DNA of 9,426 bases from Octopus sinensis. Taxonomy: Eukaryota. The DNA lies in NCBI RefSeq assembly GCF_006345805.1, contig NW_021827940.1:1-9426 (forward strand). Reading direction: 5' to 3'. The position numbers were made by a program, and so were the translations under genes. The notes below the pieces were generated by a model, which worked only from the letters and a program-made list of their open reading frames with translations, did no database searches and had not been told where the DNA came from. Below, one piece after another: positions 1-7,931 of the stretch (position 1 is the first letter of the stretch; the number at the start of each line of letters is the position of its first letter).

Positions 1-120
1 ATATATACATATACAGATATAGATATATATACATATTTATATATATACATGTATATATATATATACATATATATATATAAATGTGTTGGTATGTATGGAT
101 GGCTGTGTGTATGTGTATAT
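1..120. repeat. Compound (TA)n/(TACA)n/(TG)n microsatellite
   Basis: Dinucleotide and tetranucleotide repeats read directly from the sequence. Confidence 0.95.
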
Positions 121-451
121 ATAATCAAATTGAGGGGTACTTTGAAAGGTTTTCAATTATACTTTTGTATTCTTTCTTGTTTCTTTTCCATATTCGTTTA
201 GATTTTTCCCCAGCTATTTAAACTATTCAGAATTGCTAAACGTCGTAAGTGATTAAGGTATAAGGGGGCCACACTCGAAGATTTCGATTTTTCTCTTTTA
301 TTTTGTTTTTGTTTTGTTCTTTTGTCCTCTCGTTTTGTTATCTCGATATATACATGACGAATGCTGGTGGGGCACAAAAGTTGCCTACAAGACAGCGCAA
401 TACATACATGCTAACAGATGCGCATACACACATAGAATATGTGTATGTGAG

Positions 452-452
<1 letters not shown>

Positions 453-488
<36 letters not shown>

Positions 489-596
489 CAAACGGGAAAA
501 CAAAAAAACAACAACAATGGAACAATTACAGTATTATTATTAATAGGCGCTCAGGAAATGGGAAGCAGGAGGGTATATATATATATATACATATAT

Positions 597-641
<45 letters not shown>

Positions 642-682
642 TATATACATATATAACATATATTACATATATATATGTGTGT
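453..682. repeat. Two (TA)n-rich microsatellite tracts (~453-482 and ~573-682)
   Basis: Direct reading; they account for the YIYI runs in ORFs 303..656, 314..742 and 526..726. Confidence 0.95.
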
Positions 683-804
683 GTTGTGTATAATAGCCTG
701 TTTCTAAGTATTGTTAATGTTAACAATCTCTATATAAAATAGTATAAAATTTATATATAGTTTGTAGGAAAGTGCATGTATATTAAACCTTTACTATAGG
801 AAAG

Positions 805-848
805 ATAGTGAGTTTGAAGTTTCAACCACCTAGCCATCATCAGACTAT
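805..848 (-). ncRNA. Type-I hammerhead ribozyme-like motif (HHR-A), probably a decayed Penelope-like element (PLE) pLTR remnant
   Basis: Minus strand reads ATAGT-CTGATGA-T-GGCT-AGGT-GGTT-GAA-ACT-TCAA-ACT-C-ACTAT. It has a 5-bp stem I (ATAGT/ACTAT), an exact CUGANGA and GAAA core, a wobble-rich stem II, and a stem III with one C-C mismatch, giving a CUC rather than GUC cleavage triplet. Confidence 0.55.
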
Positions 849-979
849 TTATTCCAGCAATGAAATATTCGATATATACACATATACATATACACGCTCG
901 ATCGCTAAATCCGTACACTTTTTTCTCCCTCCCTCTCCCCCTCTCTCTCTCTCTTTCTGTTTATTTTCACTTACTCCTT

Positions 980-1013
980 TCTTTTGAAGAGCGTAGGCTC
1001 GAAACGTAAAAGA
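980..1013 (+). ncRNA. Minimal variant hammerhead-like motif (HHR-B)
   Basis: TCTTT-TGAAGA-GCGTAGGCTC-GAA-ACGT-A-AAAGA. Stem I is TCTTT/AAAGA, the core is UGAAGA lacking C3, there is a GAGC-GTAG-GCTC hairpin that overlaps G8/A9, a palindromic ACGT stem III and a GUA triplet. The core is non-canonical. Confidence 0.35.
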
Positions 1014-1077
1014 CTTTCTCACATTCTCGAGTGTCAAACTAATACACCTGTTTGTTGTTCATACACTTGTCTTCGTC

Positions 1078-1118
1078 TTTTGTTTTTGTGTAAATTTCAA
1101 CTATGCACACACACACAC

Positions 1119-1149
<31 letters not shown>

Positions 1150-1223
1150 TATATATATATATAATATATGTATGTATATATAAATATATATATATATCAT
1201 ATATATATATATATATATATAAT

Positions 1224-1267
<44 letters not shown>

Positions 1268-1536
1268 CGAGAATTGAGTTTGTAAGAAGTATTGATGTCA
1301 TTGAGACCCAAAGGTGTCAGGTAATTCTGAATAAGTGCTATAGACAGACCATTGTTAAGTTCCAGGTTCGGTAATTTTGCGAATAATGGGTTCAACGTTG
1401 GTTCTATGTCAGCGTGTGTATATAAGAATTTTTTGCGTAATGAGATAAAAAAACCCCAAGGCTGTGTAGATATTAGAACATTTATAGATAGAAGGTCTTA
1501 CAGCTGTTTCCAGGATATTTATTAATTATATCCCTT
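1078..1536. repeat. Left arm of a long inverted duplication
   Basis: 1078-1109 is the reverse complement of 2281-2312 (1 mismatch). 1266-1424 matches 2034-2193 (~95% by eye). 1425-1536 matches 1612-1721 (~92%). The intervening microsatellite 1105-1266 mirrors 2193-2285. Confidence 0.95.
1495..1536 (-). ncRNA. Truncated copy of HHR-C (3' half only)
   Basis: Minus strand reads AAGGGATATAATTAATAAATATCCTG-GAA-ACAGCTGT-A-AGAC. It has a 7-bp stem II, GAAA and a perfect palindromic stem III, but the CCGATGA strand is absent because the inversion breakpoint falls there. Confidence 0.4.
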
Positions 1537-1601
1537 GATTTCTATCCCCACTCTCTATTTTGTATCCTATATAAACTATTACTTACCCATACTCTCACAC
1601 C

Positions 1602-1653
1602 GTCTCCGATGAAGAGATACAATTAATAAATATCCTGGAAATAGCTGTAAGAC
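1602..1653 (+). ncRNA. Variant type-I hammerhead-like motif (HHR-C) in a putative PLE pLTR
   Basis: GTCT-CCGATGA-A-GAGATAC-AATTAATAA-ATATCCT-G-GAA-ATAGCTGT-A-AGAC. Stem I is GTCT/AGAC, the core is CCGAUGA (U4C), followed by GAAA, a near-palindromic stem III (ACAGCTGT in the inverted copy) and a GUA triplet. Confidence 0.5.
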
Positions 1654-2227
1654 CTTCTATCTATAAATGTTCTCATATCTACACAGCCTTGGATTTTTTA
1701 TCTCATCACGCCAAAAATTCTGATACATATATATATAGATAAACATGTATAGAATCTGAAATGCAGTTAATAATACCTTGTGGAACTGAAGAAGCGGCAT
1801 CAGTACTTAATACCCAAGTGCACACTAAGAAGTGAAATTTTGTTGCAGCATAAACATATATAAGTACAGAAATGGAATGACGTGATTAACTGCAAAATAA
1901 AACTGAATGTATTAATATCTGCTCTCCATAATTTTTAATTTATGTGTGTATGCGTATATATATTGTGTGAGAGTGTGTGTGCGAGAGAGGGTGTATGTGT
2001 ATATATATGATTGTATATATGTATATACATATATATATACACACGCTGACATAGAACCAACGTTGAACCCCTTATTCTCAAAATTACCGAACCTGGAACT
2101 TAACTATGGTCTGTCTATAGCACTTATTCAGAATTACCTGACACCTTTGGGTCTCAATGACATCATTACTTCTTATAACCTCAATTTCTCACTATATATA
2201 CATATTTATATATACATACATACATAC

Positions 2228-2287
<60 letters not shown>

Positions 2288-2312
2288 AGTTGAAATTTAC
2301 ACAAAAACAAAA
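1612..2312. repeat. Right arm of the inverted duplication, with a ~312-bp segment (1722-2033) absent from the left arm
   Basis: Manual reverse-complement alignment to 1078-1536. Confidence 0.95.
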
Positions 2313-2555
2313 TATATGTATATGTTTATGTGTATATATATATATATCTGTGTGTGTGTGATAGATACATATTTATATATATATATTATCAGAAAACATA
2401 GCATTAATTATCCATCATGGTTGATTTTACCAATCGGTTTTGCGTAAATAATACGCTGGAGTATTAGGTACATATATATGTGTGTGTATGTGTGTGTGCG
2501 TGATATATATATATGGGTGTCATATATGCGTGTGTGTGTTTGTGTGTGTGTGAAT

Positions 2556-2852
2556 GGGCATAGCTCAGTGGGTGGAGGTCAGGCTCACAATCATAAGGTA
2601 GTGAGATCGATTCCGGGCCCGGGAATATTTAACGAGACACTTAATTTCACGTAGTCCCAGTTCACTCAGCTGTACGAATGTGCTGAAACATCAATGGTGC
2701 TAAGCTTTATCGGCCTTTGCCTTTGCCTTTTCCTTAGATAACATCGGTGGTATGGAGAGGGGAGGCTGCTATGCATGGGTGGCTGTTGGTTTTCATAACC
2801 AATTTTGTCTGGACTTGTGCCTCCGGGGTAACTTTCTTGATAGAATCCCAAA
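2556..2852 (+). mobile_element. tRNA-derived SINE (3' boundary approximate)
   Basis: Pol III A-box TAGCTCAGTGG (2561-2571) and B-box-like AGATCGATTCC (2604-2614) at tRNA-like spacing. These are followed by GAGACACTTAATTTCAC...CCCAGTTCACTCAGCTGTA, which resembles the conserved central domains of CORE/Meta-type SINEs, and a GC-richer body. Confidence 0.85.
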
Positions 2853-3138
2853 GAAAAGCGTCAGCAAGTCAAAACAAAAACGTAATCTTTGGAGAACTAG
2901 TTTTATTCGTTCAGTCGGAAGATCGACTGACTCTGCACAAATTAAATATGCGGTAATCTCCCGGCTATCGCAGTTGTTATGTTCTAAAACTCTCCGTGAG
3001 AGGTGAAATCCGCGAAGTAGAAAAAGTACTGTACTGTATTTTATTATTATTATATCTATAATTTGTATATGTTTCTTTTGTTATAAATGAAAATAACATC
3101 ACGGAGGAATTGCCATAAGCTTAGATAATATATATATA

Positions 3139-3191
3139 TTTTTTTCAATCTAGTTTCAACTCACGAACTGTGGCCATGCTGGGGCACCGCC
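3139..3191 (-). mobile_element. Isolated 3' tail of the CR1/L2-group LINE (or of a SINE sharing that tail)
   Basis: Minus strand GGCGGTGCCCCAGCATGGCCACAGTTCGTGAGTTGAAACTAGATTGAAAAAAA is homologous to the tails at 3262-3319 (-) and 7044-7100 (+). Confidence 0.85.
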
Positions 3192-3227
3192 ATTATAAAT
3201 GTATACACGTATACATACATATACATT

Positions 3228-3261
<34 letters not shown>

Positions 3262-3278
<17 letters not shown>

Positions 3279-3636
3279 CTAGTTTCAGCTCAGAGCTGCG
3301 GCCATGCTGATGCACCGCCGTTTTGTGCTACACTGTTATTACGACGAACCTCGTCTAATATGTGGCACTTGGTGAAGAATGGAGTTGATACAGCTACTCT
3401 ATTTGCACCTCTTGCCGTGAGGTAGGTTCATCTGGGACTCTTGACAGGAAGATGTCCAGCTTTGATTTAAAAACCGCTACATCTACTTTGTGCAAGTTCC
3501 TCAGACTCTTTGGGAGAATATTAAAAAGCTGTGTGCCCTTGAAACACAGGCTGTTGCAGAAGCTGGTCCTGAAGCGTGATGGCATTGCTGGGATCTTTGG
3601 CGCTATGCAGTGTCGTCCCGTTCTAGCATTGGTGTA
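3262..3636 (-). mobile_element. 5'-truncated CR1/L2-group LINE (ORF2 C-terminus, 3' UTR and poly(A))
   Basis: Translates YTNARTGRHCIAPKIPAMPSRFRTSFCNSLCFKGTQLFNILPKSLRNLHKVDVAVFKSKLDIFLSRVPDEPTSRQEVQ, homologous to 6722-6960. There are small frameshifts near 3385-3400 and a 17-nt A tail at 3262-3278. Confidence 0.93.
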
Positions 3637-3674
3637 TATATATAAATGTATATGTGTATATGTATATATATATG

Positions 3675-3705
<31 letters not shown>

Positions 3706-3735
3706 TTGCGTGTATATATATATATATATATATAT
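3634..3735. repeat. (TA)n/(TG)n microsatellite
   Basis: Direct reading. Confidence 0.95.
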
Positions 3736-5384
3736 AGCATATCATTGCAAGAGAAAAAAATTGATTTCACGAGACATTACTCTCGTTTTGATCCTTCATA
3801 CATTTGTCCCTCGCCGGTGACATTCTGTGCATATAGTTGTTGTGCATCCTTAAGACGTCACATGCCTATGTGAGCACTCACTCTCCAAATGCTTGCGTAA
3901 TGTACAGACAGGCAAAAATTGCTAAAGAATTCATAATTCTGGTGGCACTGTATTAGTTAATGAATTTTTTAAAAATGGAGCTGAGGCAATCACTTTTCTG
4001 AGTGCGTGTGAGTGTAGATATTTCATTTTATGTCCCCATGTAAAAAACTACTTCTGTGCATGGAAATTTATAAACTTTAGCAAAATGGTATTCGGGAATT
4101 TCTTCTGCCGCATTCTTTTTCTATTTCGCATATGCTTATCTCTTTATGATGCAAATATGTCTGTGTGTGCAGACATCTACTACGGATCTGTATGTCAGTG
4201 TATATTAATATATACACACACACAGTTGAAACACTCCTATCACAACCTGGGACCTTGAAGACTGCTTTGATGCAAGAAAGTATGCTAGTCCCCTTATACT
4301 TGATATTCAATATTTCATCTATTCAATAAAACACTCAATACTTCATTTCATTTTACTATATATACTATTTATACTATATATTCTATATTCTACATTAATA
4401 TTATAAAGAATATAAATAAACCATAAAAAACAGAGTTGGAATTCCTTTGAATGATAAATATCCCTCTATACACAATCATACAAAGCTCTTATATATATAT
4501 ATATATACAACATACATAGAGACCGAGAGAGAGACATGTATATCATTCGTATATATATATATAATGAGAGAGAGTGAGAGAGAGGTATATTATTTGAAAG
4601 AGAAGCACACATACGTGTGTTTATATTTATATATATGTGTGTGTGTGAATGTACATATGTATGCATTTACGAATATACACTCATTCTAACTAACATAAAT
4701 TTTCGAATGGATAATTAGATGAGACTACCATTGCTAATAAGTCTTCATGCAGCAGGCTCCTGTGCATATATTTCCTCACATGTTAATTTCCGCAAGACGC
4801 CTATGAGCTAATCAATTTATCTAACATCTGCAGCTAGAACTAGATTATATATATTTGACTGAGGAGGTCCACAAAATATGAAACGTGCACCGATTTCTCA
4901 TCGTAGTGATGAAGATCAGAATCTTTCCGGAAAGCATACCGTAATTAATTAAAATTAATTAATTAAAATTTCAGCGTTGTCTACCCAAAGAATTTTACTT
5001 GTTTCTTTTTATTTGCTTTCAAGTAAGAGCTAGTCATTTAGTATATGATTGTACGCATAAGTTTATAATTTTATGTAATTAAAATTCTTTGGATTACTAT
5101 TTCTATTTTACGTTCATTTTGCTGCTGCTGCTGCTTCTGTTGCTACTACTACTATATATATACATACACACACACACACACGCAAACACAGACATTTGTA
5201 TATGTATGTTGTTACGTATGTACATGTATTACGTATGTACAAAGCCGTGATATACAATTTATATAGCTGTTAGTGCATTAGAGGTTTATACATCAATGTG
5301 TCTCTTTGTATGTATGTATAAATGAGTGTATACATGTATGGATCAACGTGTGTATGCATATATATATGCATGTATGTATGTATG

Positions 5385-5466
<82 letters not shown>
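5385..5466. repeat. (GATA)n tetranucleotide microsatellite, ~20 units with one interruption near 5430
   Basis: Direct reading. Confidence 0.97.
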
Positions 5467-5844
5467 CCTAGTTTGTATAACTGTATATAGAAGAATATAT
5501 TAAACAATGAAATTCCAACTGATTTTCAAGTTTTATTATTTGCAAATTTTACTATTTTACAATCTTACAATATTGAAATAAACTAGTACTTTCATGCGTT
5601 ACGCATTCATTAGCCTTTTGAAGTGAAAATTGTGTTCCGTTACAGACTAATATTTTGGGGCAACCTTCTCATTCTAACATATAATTCGTCCAACGCCCCA
5701 GGGCGGAGGCACATTGTGGATTCTTTTGGAATCCAGTTAGCCTATTATTGAACTACATGTTAGTGTAACATGTATGGAAATTTTGGTAAACATTGTTTCG
5801 CTGCTTTAGGCACTAAGATTGTATCAGTAAGACAGAAATTGCCA

Positions 5845-5877
5845 TTTATATATCTATCTCTATATATTTATATATAT

Positions 5878-5954
<77 letters not shown>

Positions 5955-5983
5955 GTATGTGTGGTGTATATTATGTATATATA

Positions 5984-6029
<46 letters not shown>
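5845..6029. repeat. (TA)n-(TG)n-(TA)n compound microsatellite
   Basis: Direct reading; it forms the spurious N-terminus of ORF 5921..6418. Confidence 0.95.
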
Positions 6030-6030
<1 letters not shown>

Positions 6031-7100
6031 GGTTTGGGGACCACTACTGTTCATAATGGCCCCCTCAGACATGCTCTCAGCCACGCAGAAAGCCACGATC
6101 ACAAGTTATGCAGATGATACAAAAGTTTCACAGGCAATACAGAACCATGAAGACACTAAGCACCTGCAATGTGAGCTGGACAATATATACAAGTGGGCTG
6201 AAAAGAATAGCATGCAGTTCAATGCTGAAAAGTTTCAAGCTTTATGCTATCAGCATGCAAAACTAAATGCAATACCCAATGAATACACTCGATCTGGAGG
6301 GATTGCAATCCCAGAGGCACAATCAGTGCGAGACCTGGGTATTTACATGAGTGATTACGCAACCTTTCATGTGCATGTTGCTAAATTGGCAATGAAATGT
6401 AGGCGGCTGACCGGATAGATACTTAGAACCTTCAGAACAAGAGACCAGGAAACCATGATGGTCCTCTGGAGGACACTTGTCCTAAGCCACTTTGACTATT
6501 GTTCTCAGCTATGGTCACCACCCAGTGTCAAGTTAATCACAGAACTTGAGGCGATCCAACGAAGCTACACGAAGAATATAGCCTCTGTGCAGCATATAAG
6601 CTACTGGGAAAGACTCAAGAGATTAAGACTCTATTCCTGAGAGCGTAGGCGAGAAAGATATGCCATAATATACATCTGAAAAATCCTAGAAGGACTTGTC
6701 CCAAACTTTGGCATCGAGAGTTACACAAATGCCAGAACCGGGCGCCACTGCATGGTGCCAAGGACTCCAAATTTGCCATCAAGATGTAGGACAAGATACT
6801 GTGATAGCCTGGGCTTCCGAGGCCCACAGCTCTTCAATATTCTCCCGAAGAACCTGAGAGACCTGCATGGGGTGGATGCAGATGTCTTTAAAATAAAACT
6901 GGATCTCTTCCTGTCAGGTATCCCAGATGAACCAACTTCACGGCAGGAGGTGCAGATGAGGGCAGCTGCATCGAACTCTCTCATGCACCAAATGGCAGTT
7001 GCTAAAAAGCATTCGTGAAGTAAAATCACGTAGCAACACCAAATGGCCACAACTCGTGGCCACAACTCGTGAGCTGAAACTAGATAAAATAAATAAAAAA
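6030..7100 (+). mobile_element. 5'-truncated CR1/L2-group LINE; reverse-transcriptase C-terminal half pseudogenised by three stops
   Basis: One frame gives GPLLFIM...YADDTK (YADD 6107-6118)...WAEKNSMQFNAEKFQ...VRDLGI...FDYCSQLWSP...LEAIQR...YWERLKRLRLYS*ERRRER...KLDLFLSGIPDEP. Stops are at 6416-6418, 6638-6640 and 6677-6679, the ORF ends at 7018, and the tail is GAGCTGAAACTAGATAAAATAAATAAAAAA. Confidence 0.95.
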
Positions 7101-7419
7101 TTAAAAAAAATATTGTTTTTACTGTCTTGTTTTGTTCTTACTGTCCTGTTCTTGTTACCACTTTTAACCCTCCGCCAAAAATCCCAAATTTGATTTTATT
7201 TGCTTTGCGGGAAGACTGTTTCAACGAAGTCGCGTCTTGTCCTAACCTTCGAGAAGGCCCAGTAGACGAAACAGGGACAACCGAAGAAGGGGAAATATTT
7301 TTTTGTGTTGTATGTCTTGTACTCTGTTTTTTCGTTGTTTGAAAAAAAGTTCGTTTCCATGTTTTTATTTTAATGTTTTCGTTTCTCATAGTGTTCAACG
7401 TTTTTTTGATGTCCTGTAC

Positions 7420-7571
7420 CCATATATGCATGCATATATACATATATATGTTGGTATGTACATACATATATATATGCATATATTTATATATTATTTATAT
7501 TATTATATGTTCGAACGCCACGCATCGTTTTCCAAGTAAGTTTTAATCTTATATATGTATACATATATATA

Positions 7572-7612
<41 letters not shown>

Positions 7613-7620
7613 TATATATC

Positions 7621-7651
<31 letters not shown>

Positions 7652-7745
7652 CTATTATACATATGTATATACATATATATGTGTGTGTTTGTGTCTGTGC
7701 ACGAATGTATGTATATATATGTGTGTGTGTGTGTATACATATATT
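7420..7745. repeat. (TA)n/(TACA)n/(TG)n microsatellite tracts
   Basis: Direct reading. Confidence 0.93.
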
Positions 7746-7931
7746 ATAGTTACAGTAACAGTTACGTTTACGTGCAGCTGAATCACTGATTTATAATTCC
7801 ACTATATTATCGTCCTGATGTAAGCAGAGAAGAACTATATATTACAATGTTCTGAACGACTCTGGAGCTCGACAGACTCCACCTGCATATATACACCCCT
7901 ACTGATGCAACCCCTATTTCAAACCGTCTTG

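Noticed and set aside
1786-1840. CTGAAGA as a hammerhead core
   Set aside because: There is no paired stem II leading to a GAAA and no stem I or III.
2556-2625. Possible tRNA gene
   Set aside because: The A and B boxes are present but there is no complete cloverleaf or acceptor stem, and it continues into a SINE body.
2666-3006. ORFs 2666..2851, 2747..2956 and 2752..3006
   Set aside because: Short, overlapping frames over the SINE body with no recognisable motifs.
3498-3504. CTGAGGA on the minus strand
   Set aside because: It lies inside LINE ORF2 coding sequence (S-L-R-N) with no matching GAAA or stems.
4907-4970. GTGATGAAGATCAGAATCTTTCCGGAAAG motif and the TTAATTAA repeats
   Set aside because: The core is non-canonical with no stems I or III; the AT palindromes are low-complexity.
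5212-5241. 13-bp direct repeat TTACGTATGTACA x2
   Set aside because: It is a derivative of the surrounding (TATG)n microsatellite; two units are not an array, and a CRISPR is not plausible here.
3262-7100. Oppositely oriented LINE copies (3262-3636 and 6722-7100) as terminal inverted repeats of one large element
   Set aside because: They are visibly diverged independent retrocopies, each with its own A-rich tail and truncation point.
7127-7479. Protein-looking ORFs 7127..7342 (+) and 7138..7479 (-) as a host exon
   Set aside because: No convincing flanking splice sites on either strand and no recognisable domain.
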